This document shows positions 11,879 to 20,493 of a stretch of DNA of 64,000 nucleotides, one piece after another. The number at the start of each line of letters is the position of its first letter. The stretch's first letter is position 1. The notes beneath the pieces are model-generated. The model saw nothing but the letters and a program-made list of their open reading frames with translations. It made no database searches and was not told where the DNA came from. This DNA comes from Obrimoposthia wandeli (Eukaryota). The position numbers and the translations under genes were made by a program. The stretch spans positions 496,001-560,000 of the forward strand of contig CDROCS010003742.1 in assembly GCA_977020255.1 (NCBI GenBank), written 5' to 3'.

Positions 11879-12526
11879 ATGTTATTAACAAACAATTCAA
11901 CTTTTCAAGTAGTAGGACCAAGTGGTAGTGGAAAAACTTTATTTGTTTGTAAATTATTAAATTCAAAAATGTTTAAAAATAAATTTAATAAAATATATTG
12001 GCATCAAGGTGGTGATGGAGAAGCTGGTTTAACAAACCAAGAATTTAATAAAATAAAAAACATTAAGATTATTAACGGTTTTGATGAAAATTGGACGACA
12101 AGACTTGTAAAAGGTGATGTAATTGTTATTGATGACTTATATCAAGAGGCTAACAAAGAATCTGATTTTAATGATTTATTTACAAAAATTGCAAGACATA
12201 GAGAAGTTACTGTAATTTTTATAACCCAAAATTTATTTCATCAAGGAGGAAATCATCGCACTCGTAATCTTAATGTACATTATTTGATTTTATTCAAAAA
12301 TCCTAGAGATCAAACAGTGATAGATTTTATTGCTCGTCAAGCATTTCCTCATAACAAGAGTTATTTAATTGATGCGTTTCATGATGCTACATCTTTACCA
12401 CATGGTTATTTATTTTTAAATTTTACTCAATCATGTCCTGATGATTTAAGAATTGTTACTGATATATTTAATCGTAATGGTATTACAGTCTATAAACAAA
12501 TAAATAATAATAAAGTTTTAAAATAA
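11879..12526 (+). CDS. A32/FtsK-like genome-packaging ATPase
   Basis: Walker A GPSGSGKT, Walker B IVIDD, RHREVTVIFITQNLF, FKNPRD. Confidence 0.95.
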   Translation: MLLTNNSTFQVVGPSGSGKTLFVCKLLNSKMFKNKFNKIYWHQGGDGEAGLTNQEFNKIKNIKIINGFDENWTTRLVKGDVIVIDDLYQEANKESDFNDLFTKIARHREVTVIFITQNLFHQGGNHRTRNLNVHYLILFKNPRDQTVIDFIARQAFPHNKSYLIDAFHDATSLPHGYLFLNFTQSCPDDLRIVTDIFNRNGITVYKQINNNKVLK

Positions 12527-12527
12527 A

Positions 12528-12944
12528 ATGAATTTTAAAAAGAGTATTCTTAAACATAGTAAAAGGACAGATAAAGATGAAGTTAAAAAATTAATAAATA
12601 CTGTATTATATGATCGTAATAATAATATTGAATTTTCAAAAAGTTTACCTTATTTTAAAACCTTAATTGACGTACCAAAAACGAATAAAATGAAAATGTT
12701 GAAATCATTTCCAATTTATGTAGTTGATGATTTAATAAAAATTTTAAATAAAATAATTCATGGTAAAATTAAACCTGATGATAATATTTTAAAATATAAA
12801 AATTCATTAATAAATTTAGCAAATTCACGTGGTAAAATTAATAAAAGAAACATTATTTATAATCAAAATGGTGGATTCATATTGGCTCTACTGCCCGCTA
12901 TAGCATCAGTAATAGCTAGTGTTATATCTTCAAGATGGGGATAG
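12528..12944 (+). CDS. Basic putative core/structural precursor protein
   Basis: Lys-rich and ends QNGGFILALLPAIASVIAS, a Q-x-G-G motif followed by a hydrophobic helix. A homolog occupies the same slot in the outer element. Confidence 0.7.
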   Translation: MNFKKSILKHSKRTDKDEVKKLINTVLYDRNNNIEFSKSLPYFKTLIDVPKTNKMKMLKSFPIYVVDDLIKILNKIIHGKIKPDDNILKYKNSLINLANSRGKINKRNIIYNQNGGFILALLPAIASVIASVISSRWG

Positions 12945-13027
12945 TTGTCTTAATAACGAAAATAATTACATTCATTCGTTTTATACAAACATATAAACAG
13001 ATTAAAATATATTTAACTTTTATAATA

Positions 13028-13201
13028 ATGGGGATAAACAATACAAAGTTGTCTAACTTATTTATAAATTTTAATTCTTCATGCTGCAATGGAAAAGATT
13101 TGGAACAATCCAGAAGATCCAGACGGTTATACAGGGTTAGAAAAATTGACAAAAAGAGTCAAACAATCAAAAACAAACACACAAAAATGGTTAAGAAATG
13201 A
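13028..13201 (+). CDS. Small MG...SSCC protein overlapping the integrase 5' end
   Basis: MGINNTKLSNLFINFNSSCCNG. The same MG...SSCC-x-G layout occurs at the same position in the outer element. Confidence 0.55.
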   Translation: MGINNTKLSNLFINFNSSCCNGKDLEQSRRSRRLYRVRKIDKKSQTIKNKHTKMVKK

Positions 13202-14114
13202 ATTATCATATAGTCTGAATAAACCTTTAAGACGTAAATTCCCTACTAGATCATATAAAACTAATGGTATTAATTCGTTATGGCAGATGGATTTAATGGA
13301 AATGATTCCTTATTCTTCAGTAAATAATGGATTCAAGTATATTTTAACTTGTATTGTTGTATTTAGTCGTTTTGCAAGGGCAGTTGGTGTTAAATCAAAA
13401 TCAGGTATTGATTTATTACATGCAATAGAATCTTTAATTGTTGATGATGTACCAGTAAATATCCAAACCGATGAAGGTAAAGAATTTTTTAATTCACATG
13501 TTAAGAAATTATTTAAAACTGAAAATATCAATCATTATTCAGTATATTCTCAATATAAAGCTGCAGTAGTTGAAAGATTTAATAGAACGTTAAGAGAACG
13601 GTTAAAGAAATATTTTACTAAACAAGGTAATAAGAAATGGGTGAATGTATTACCAAAAATTATTTATGCTTATAATAATTCTAAACATAGAGGTTTAGAT
13701 GGTTTAAAACCTGTAGATGTAAATAATAAAAATGAATTTGATATTTTGTTGAAACAAAATCTAAAAGAAAAGAAAGTTAAATCTAAATATAAAATTGATG
13801 ATTATGTTCGAATATCAAAAATAAGTACAAGTCCATTTATTAAAAATTTTAATCAAAATTGGAGTGATGAGGTTTTTCAAATTCATGATATTAATTATAA
13901 ACAAAATCCAATAATGTATATTTTAAAAGATATTGATAACGTCATCATCAAAGGAAAATTTTATAAACAAGAGTTACAATTAATTGATAAACCTAAACTA
14001 TATCGAATACAAGAAATTTTAGAAACTAAAGGTCGTGGTAAGAATAAACAATATTACGTAAAGTGGCACGGATACTCTGAACCTTCTTGGATATTTGCTT
14101 CTCAAATTGAATAA
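13089..14114 (+). CDS. Retroviral-type (rve) integrase with C-terminal chromodomain
   Basis: WQMDL, IQTDEGKEF, KAAVVERFNRTL (DDE); QYYVKWHGYSEPSWI chromo-like tail. Confidence 0.96.
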   Translation: MEKIWNNPEDPDGYTGLEKLTKRVKQSKTNTQKWLRNELSYSLNKPLRRKFPTRSYKTNGINSLWQMDLMEMIPYSSVNNGFKYILTCIVVFSRFARAVGVKSKSGIDLLHAIESLIVDDVPVNIQTDEGKEFFNSHVKKLFKTENINHYSVYSQYKAAVVERFNRTLRERLKKYFTKQGNKKWVNVLPKIIYAYNNSKHRGLDGLKPVDVNNKNEFDILLKQNLKEKKVKSKYKIDDYVRISKISTSPFIKNFNQNWSDEVFQIHDINYKQNPIMYILKDIDNVIIKGKFYKQELQLIDKPKLYRIQEILETKGRGKNKQYYVKWHGYSEPSWIFASQIE

Positions 14115-15156
14115 TGTCAAAATATATTATTTTACCTAGTAATAGTTGTCCAAGTACTCAACCTAACAATACAGCCAATCAATTTACTGTAGATTGGGAA
14201 AACTCTCTAAATTTAGATGGTGAATGGGAGGTTGCCTTGACTGAATTTGTATTTAATTTTACTCCTTTAACAATACAAACTACAAAATTTAAAACTACAA
14301 AAAAAACTGTAATTCAAAAATACTTTATAAAACGGAAAAGATAGAAATGAAAACTTTCGATGTATCTTTTGCAATTTTAAATGGATTAATTTTTAATAAT
14401 TTAAATACTGTTTTCAATTTCAAAATTACAAAGGGTCAAAAATTAGAAATAAGTACAATTAACAGTATTCATCGAATGTTGTTAAAATTTGAAACTTTAG
14501 AAGAATCAAAAATTATAGGTTTTAATGAAATACAAAAAATTTCTAGTCATGTTATAACAAGTGATGAAATTGTTGACATAAATAAAAATATTCATGCTAA
14601 AATGAGAATTACAATTTATTCTTTAGCTGAATATGAATACGAAATAAAATTTAATCAAAATTATTTGATACAAGATAGTACTTCATTATGTAATATTATA
14701 GCCAGTAAATGTAATGAAATTTTTAAAAGCTGTAATATAGATTCAGACGGATTATTTGATATTTTATTAAAGAAAAATGTAAAATCAGTTTTATTTGACG
14801 AAAAACTTGCATCTTTATTAGGTTTTAATAATGTTTTCTTTGAGAAACGAATTAAAGGTTTTCAAAAACCAACACTTTCTAGCTCATATAATCAAATGTA
14901 TATTTATACTAGTTTAACAGATTCTGTCTTAGTAGGATCTGATTATGTTCCACTGTTAAAGTCTATTTGGTTAAAATCATTAAAATATCGATATGGAGAT
15001 GTAGTAAATGTTAAAATTGATAATCCAATGTACTTGAAAATGAGAGATTCAAGTATTAATAGAATCGAGGTAAATATACGTGATGATTCTGGTAATTTAA
15101 TTCCATTTTCATATGGAGCAAAAACTAGTTTAACTCTTCATTTACGTAAAGTATAA
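14114..15156 (+). CDS. Minor capsid protein (penton), split over two frames near 14290-14345
   Basis: The N-terminus YIILPSNSCPSTQPNNTANQFTVDWENSLNLDGEWEVALTEF and the C-terminus YIYTSLTDSVLVGSDYVPLLK...NPMYLKM...IEVNIRDDSGNLIPFSYGAKTSLTLHLR are typical Polinton penton ends. Confidence 0.85.
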
Positions 15157-15197
15157 ACAATATAAATATATTTAAAATATAAATATATATATATAAA

Positions 15198-15602
15198 ATG
15201 AATACATCAATTATAAAATTTTATAGCAAAAGTCAACAGGGCGGTGAACTTCCCTATTTCATTGGTAAACAATATGGATCTGGTTGGTATCAAACTATTT
15301 CTAGATTAGCTATTCCATTGTTAAAAAAAGTTGGTTTATCAGCAGCTACAAGTGCTGCCAATGTAATTGGTGAAACGGTAGGAACTGCGTTAACAAATCC
15401 AAAAAACATAATTTCATCTCTCAAAGAAAATACAATCAAAGAAGTCAAAACTTTGATTCCAAAATTAAAAAATAATGCTGTTGATAGTTTAAATAAAGTC
15501 GCAAATTGTATTGAACAAAATGGAAAGGGTCTTAAACGTAAAAGAAATAATTTAAATAGTATAAACAAACGTCTTAAAGGTACTATTTTCCAAAATGACT
15601 AG
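15198..15602 (+). CDS. Conserved Polinton small structural precursor (QQGG...QYGSG then amphipathic helix)
   Basis: FYSKSQQGGELPYFIGKQYGSGWYQTISRLAIPLLKKVG, lying between penton and MCP. Confidence 0.7.
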   Translation: MNTSIIKFYSKSQQGGELPYFIGKQYGSGWYQTISRLAIPLLKKVGLSAATSAANVIGETVGTALTNPKNIISSLKENTIKEVKTLIPKLKNNAVDSLNKVANCIEQNGKGLKRKRNNLNSINKRLKGTIFQND

Positions 15603-16815
15603 TATAAAATCTGAATTGTGTATTTTCGATAGACCACTACCTCAAGTAGTGATTGAAAATTCAAGTTTTGAAGAAATATTTCCAATCAATTCAATTACTG
15701 GAAAAAATTTAAATGACATAGAATTTAATATTCATGCATCTGAAGAAGATTATCTGGATTTGAATGATACTTTGTTAAATATTAAATTAAAAGTTGTAAA
15801 TGAAGATGGTACTGATTTAATGAAAGATAGCGATGTAACTCCAGAGAATTACATGTTTCAAACTTTGTTTAGAGATGTTATTCTAACACTTAATAATGTA
15901 AAGGTTGAAGGAGGAAATGGAACGTATACTCATAAGGCTATATTCGATACTCTTTTGAATTTTAGTAGTGATACCAAGTATACTAACCTTGAATGTAGTG
16001 GGTATGATGATGAAACAGAAAATCGTAAACAATGGATTAGTGAATCTAAAATATTTTCATTATGTAATTCAATTAGATTAGATTTCTTTGAACAACCAAA
16101 ATATTTGATTCCAGGGATTAATGTTCATTTGAGATTTATGAGAAATCAGCATAATTTTTCGCTCTATTCAGAAACTTCAAAACCAATTATTCAAATTCTA
16201 GATGCTAGATTGTATGTTAGAAGAGTAAAAGTTGATTCTTCAGTAATGATTGGACATCAGTTAGGTTTGCAAAGTCAGAATGCAGTTTACCCAATTAGAA
16301 AAACTCAGTTAGTAACATATTCAATTCCTCAGGGTTCTTTGGAACTTAATAAAGATCAAATATTCGGAGACTATCGTTTACCCAAGTTCATTTTGATTGC
16401 TTTCAAAGATACACCTCAGGGTGGTAAGGAATACAAAGTTAAATCTTCTACGTTCGATACATTTAATGTTTCAACAATATCATTAGCTAGAAATACAGAT
16501 TATCGAGAAACTTATAATCTAGATAATAATAATTTTTCATTAGCATATATGCAGTCAATTATTCGAAATATGAATATTTTAGATAAAAACGTGAATAATG
16601 GTATCAGATTTTCTGATTTTAAATCAGGAAGTTCGATTTTCACTTTTCTATTAGCACCAGATTTTGATATAAACACTACTCAAGTGCCTAAAACTGGTAA
16701 TTTAAGACTTGAAATTAGATTTAATTCTCCTTTGACCGTACCAACAAGTGTTTTGATTTACGGAATATTTGATTCCGAAATTCAGATTACGAAAAATAAA
16801 ACTGTGATTGTATGA
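15595..16815 (+). CDS. Double jelly-roll major capsid protein
   Basis: KSELCIFDRPLPQ, YLDLNDTLL, DFFEQPKYLIPG, LYVRRVKV, LPKFILIAF, GNLRLEIRF; 406 aa. Confidence 0.92.
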   Translation: MTSIKSELCIFDRPLPQVVIENSSFEEIFPINSITGKNLNDIEFNIHASEEDYLDLNDTLLNIKLKVVNEDGTDLMKDSDVTPENYMFQTLFRDVILTLNNVKVEGGNGTYTHKAIFDTLLNFSSDTKYTNLECSGYDDETENRKQWISESKIFSLCNSIRLDFFEQPKYLIPGINVHLRFMRNQHNFSLYSETSKPIIQILDARLYVRRVKVDSSVMIGHQLGLQSQNAVYPIRKTQLVTYSIPQGSLELNKDQIFGDYRLPKFILIAFKDTPQGGKEYKVKSSTFDTFNVSTISLARNTDYRETYNLDNNNFSLAYMQSIIRNMNILDKNVNNGIRFSDFKSGSSIFTFLLAPDFDINTTQVPKTGNLRLEIRFNSPLTVPTSVLIYGIFDSEIQITKNKTVIV

Positions 16816-17188
16816 AGTAAGCTTATTGTATATTATATTCTTTATTAAAATTAGTACTTTAGAAATTCATAAATCCGGAAAAATATTATTGAATAACAAA
16901 TTTAATGGAGTATATTCATTGGATAAAATTCCATCATTAAAACCCGGAGGTTACATTATCAATACTCATACTTCAAATCTACCAGGCGAGCATTGGATAG
17001 CAATATTCGTTGACAGATTCGAGATTCGAGTGTTTGATTCTTTTGGATTCTATTATCCTGCAAAGTTGGTATCTACACTTGAAAAAGAAAACATTCCAGT
17101 CTACTATAATCGAGTTAAATGTCAGAATCCGTTAACTAAAAACTGCGGACCTCTGAGTCTTTTATGGTTGAAACTTCAACACAAATAA
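16812..17188 (+). CDS. Adenain/Ulp1-like maturation cysteine protease; inferred exons 16812-16816 and 16855-17188
   Basis: GEHW, FDSFG, CQN and NCG catalytic residues. There is no in-frame ATG in the main ORF. ATGAA|GTAAGC...TTAG|T gives MNTLEIHKSG in frame. Confidence 0.9.
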
Positions 17189-17242
17189 TTTTAAGTATAA
17201 ACAAATATATCATTTTAGTATTTCATTTTATTTTATTTTCAA

Positions 17243-17695
17243 ATGGCTTTTATTGATTTAGAATGTTTTATTGATAATAATGGAGAATATATTCCAAAGG
17301 AATTATGTATAATGTATGTGATAGATATGACTTGTCCATTTCATTACGTGTTTAAAAATCAAATACCATGGAGTAGTTTATCATTTACAGTTAAAAGAAA
17401 AAATCTATATTTGATAAATCATCATCATCAGTTATCCTGGTTTGAAGGTGAAAGCTCTGATATTCATATTGATGATGTTGAAACAATATTCTATGTTATG
17501 GATTCTATTGATGGAAAGAAAATTAATTTAGTGAAACGAATGTTTCCAAATTTGAGAATTGTGAATTATAATAAAAGTTTCAAAAATTTAAAGAAAATAC
17601 CAAAAAATATTCGATGTCCGTTTAGAAAACACGGAAAACATTGTGCTTATTTGAAATGTTTTTCTCTATGTATTGATTATGTAAATTGTATATAA
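17243..17695 (+). CDS. DEDD/DnaQ-like (RNase H fold) protein with C-terminal CP-x3-H-x2-HC motif
   Basis: FIDLECF...KEL Exo-I-like start and CPFRKHGKHCAYLKC. Homolog in the outer element. The fold assignment is inference. Confidence 0.55.
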   Translation: MAFIDLECFIDNNGEYIPKELCIMYVIDMTCPFHYVFKNQIPWSSLSFTVKRKNLYLINHHHQLSWFEGESSDIHIDDVETIFYVMDSIDGKKINLVKRMFPNLRIVNYNKSFKNLKKIPKNIRCPFRKHGKHCAYLKCFSLCIDYVNCI

Positions 17696-17756
17696 ATATA
17701 TTTATTAAGGATATTTTATTTTAATATATAATTTATGTTATTTAAATAAATTTTAC

Positions 17757-18564
17757 CATAATTCTATAAATGTGAAAGCCTAGGAAAAACTTTAGTTTAA
17801 ATTTCACATAAAATAGTGTATGCGTGTGTTAAAAAAAAAAACGCATTTCTTAATTGATAAGAGTGAACTTTATCATAAATTTCACATAAAATAGTGTATG
17901 TGTGTGTTAAAAACCACATTTCTTAATTGTTAAGAGTGAACTTTATCATAAATTTTCATTATGGACTAGATCACAAAAAGAAGGGTGGAGACTAAGCCAC
18001 TTGATCCTTTGAATTAGTGGTTAGCCAAAAATAAGGGTGGAGACTAGACCACAAAAAAGAAGGGTGGAGACTAGACCACAAAAAGAAGGGTGGAGACTAG
18101 ATCACTAAAAGAAGGGTGGAGACTAGACCACTTGATCCTTTGAATTAGTGGTTAGCCAAAAATAAGGGTGGAGACTAGACCACAAAAAGAAGGGTGGAGA
18201 CTAGATCACTAAAAGAAGGGTGGAGACTAGACCACAAAAAGATGGGTGGAGACTAGACCACAAAAAGAAGGGTGGAGACTAAGCCACTTTACCCTTTAAA
18301 CTATGGACAACCATAGATTATAGCCAAAAGAAGGGTGGAGTCTAGATCACTTGACCCCTCCCCACTACCCCTCCCCTCCCCGCCTCCCGCCTCCTCCTAA
18401 AGGGTGTCATACCATAAGGGTGTCTTGCCATACCATAAGGGTATATGTTGGGTCACCGAAGGTGAGGCAACATATACCCTTATGGTGTGGCGAGACATCC
18501 TTATGGTATGTCATCCTTTAGGGGGGGGGGGTAAAGTGGTCTAGACTCCATCCTTCCACCTACT
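17757..18564 (-). repeat. Inner right TIR
   Basis: Inverted copy of 6544-7412, with an extra copy of the ccacttgatcctttgaattagtgg block and fewer 60-bp units. Confidence 0.92.
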
Positions 18565-19320
18565 GTCACCCGCTATAATTCTAATGTCGCAGTTAAATTG
18601 AACTCGATATTTCTCCAACTGCTCATATTGTAGCTCATACATACGAAGTTTGCTTAAATCTAATACTGCCTGGCCCATGTAACTAGGACGATCCAAAACA
18701 ATATTTTCCTTATCCAGTAGAACTGCATTAAGGTCCGTATCGATTTCGATTGTCCTACGAAAGTGGGCTTTACTGCAATAGGTAACCAGCTTCTGTGGAG
18801 TATTACAAATCCGGAGGTTAATTCTTTTCATCAGATTCTCAATGAGTTTTCCAAATAAAGAATTCACCTTCAGTTTGTAGTAATCCCGCTCGAAATCTGT
18901 TATAGCCGCAGCTCTTTTGAGAGAATTATCCTCAATATATTTTGAAAAAACATTAGTTTGTTCAAACTGTATTGCTCTGTATACAAAATCTACCTTAGCA
19001 CCAAGTCTAACGTACATTTGTAGCAATCTAGAATGCACAACATAATGTTTCTTAGGGTAATGCGTTAATAACAATTTTTCAGTCTTACACCCTGGTGGAC
19101 GCTGTTTAATGGGAGCAAGGGGAAGATCGTCGAATTTATTATGAAGCTCAAAGGGAATGGATAAATCTATTTCCAATAAATGAGCGAAGCGACTACAGGA
19201 TAAATCTACTGATTTTAAGCTGGAGATAATATTCCCCAACTCTAACCGATCAGTCACCCAGGAAAAGTTACCACAAGGTAAAAACTGGGACATAGCCCAC
19301 CCGTACAAATTGTTTACATC
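18565..19320 (-). pseudogene. Outer pPolB middle part, motif A to motif C (DVNNLYGW...IRIIAGD)
   Basis: Open 252-codon stretch homologous to inner PolB, bounded exactly by the two insertions. Confidence 0.95.
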
Positions 19321-20403
19321 AGTAGGTGGATGTGTCCGGTCTAATCCACACCCCTCCCCCTCCCCCCTTGTCCTTGTATGTGTGTGGAGTGAAATTTCGT
19401 GTATGTGTGTGGAGTGAAATTTCACTCCACACACATGCACGGTTTTAAAGGACAAGGGGGGTGTTGTGTGGTGTGGTGTGGTGTGGTGTGGTGTGGTGTG
19501 GTGTGGTGTGGTGTGGAGAATAGAGCCCGCCCCGTAGGGGCGGGTGGTTGTCGGTGGGTGTTTCCATCCAACACCTATCGACTTTCACCCTTCACCCGAG
19601 GTTGTCAGTGATATACACGAGAGCGAGACATTCGTACATCGCCAAGCTAGTCTGTGACATATATGAGAGCGAGACATCCGTACATCGCAGAGCTAGTCTG
19701 TGACATTTATGAGAGCGAGACATCCGTACATCGCCAAGCTAGTCTGTGACATTTATGAGAGCGAGACATCCGTACATCGCCAAGCTAGTCTGTGACATAT
19801 ATGAGAGCGAGACATCCGTACATCGCCAAGCTAGTCTGTGACATATATGAGAGCGAGAAATCCGTACATCGCAGAGCTAGTCTGTGACATATATGAGAGC
19901 GAGACATCCATACATCGCCAAGCTAGTCTGTGACATATATGACAGCGAGACATCCGTACATCGCAGAGCTAGTCTGTGACATATATGAGAGCGAGACATC
20001 CGTACATCACCAAGCTAGTCTGTGACATATATGAGAGCGAGACAATCGTACATCGCAGAGCTAGTCTGTGACATATATGAGAGCGAGACATCCGTACATC
20101 GCAGAGCTAGTCTGTACCTATATGAGAGCGAGACATCCGTACATCGCCAAGCTAGTCTGTGACATATATGAGAGCGAGACATCCGTACATCGCCAAGCTA
20201 GTCTGTGACATATATGAGAGCGAGACATCCGTACATCGCCAAGCTAGTCTGTGACCTATATCAGTCCCGAGCCTTTCGCGCCGATAGGCGCAAAAAATGT
20301 TTAGGGTGGGGACCCCCCCCCTTTTCCTTTAAAACCGTGCATGTGTGTGGAGTGAAATTTCACTCCACACACCTACACGAAATTTCACTCCACACACATA
20401 CAA
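19321..20403. mobile_element. Non-coding mini-Polinton-like element with truncated right end
   Basis: Starts AGTAGGTGGATGTGT. 19374-19451 is inverted at 20326-20403, and the counterpart of the terminal 53 bp is missing. The interior is (GTGTG)n plus a 46-bp array, with no credible ORF. Confidence 0.8.
19615..20260. repeat. 14 x 46-bp tandem array
   Basis: Unit gagagcgagacatccgtacatcgc(ca/ag)agctagtctgtgacatatat, starting at 19619, 19665, 19711 and so on; no spacers. Confidence 0.95.
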
Positions 20404-20493
20404 TCAATAGTAACAAGAACTACATTTATTCTTATACATGTATATATATATATATATGTGTTAGTGTCTAAAATTAGAAAAAATTAGTAAAAT

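Larger units (their letters stand above)
6544..18564. mobile_element. Inner Polinton/Maverick element, 12,021 bp, nearly intact
   Basis: AGTAGGTAGAAGGATGG at 6544 and CCATCCTTCCACCTACT ending at 18564. GTCACC is duplicated at 6538-6543 and 18565-18570. It carries the full core gene set. Confidence 0.97.

Noticed and set aside
16808-16811. TTG/GTG starts in the ORF track, e.g. protease 16808, PolB 11219, integrase 25726
   Set aside because: The host is eukaryotic; ATG starts, splicing or a mutated ATG explain each case.
5356-19320. A shared target consensus among the three flanking hexamers (ATTGTT, GTCACC, TACATC)
   Set aside because: No common motif is visible on either strand, so simple sequence specificity is not supported here.
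19321-19455. N-terminal extension MSFKTVHVCGVKF... of the 304-aa PolB ORF
   Set aside because: It is read-through into the mini-element TIR, and the same peptide appears in the other TIR copy.
19615-20260. CRISPR-like look of the 46-bp array
   Set aside because: Units are contiguous with no unique spacers, there are no cas genes, and the context is eukaryotic.
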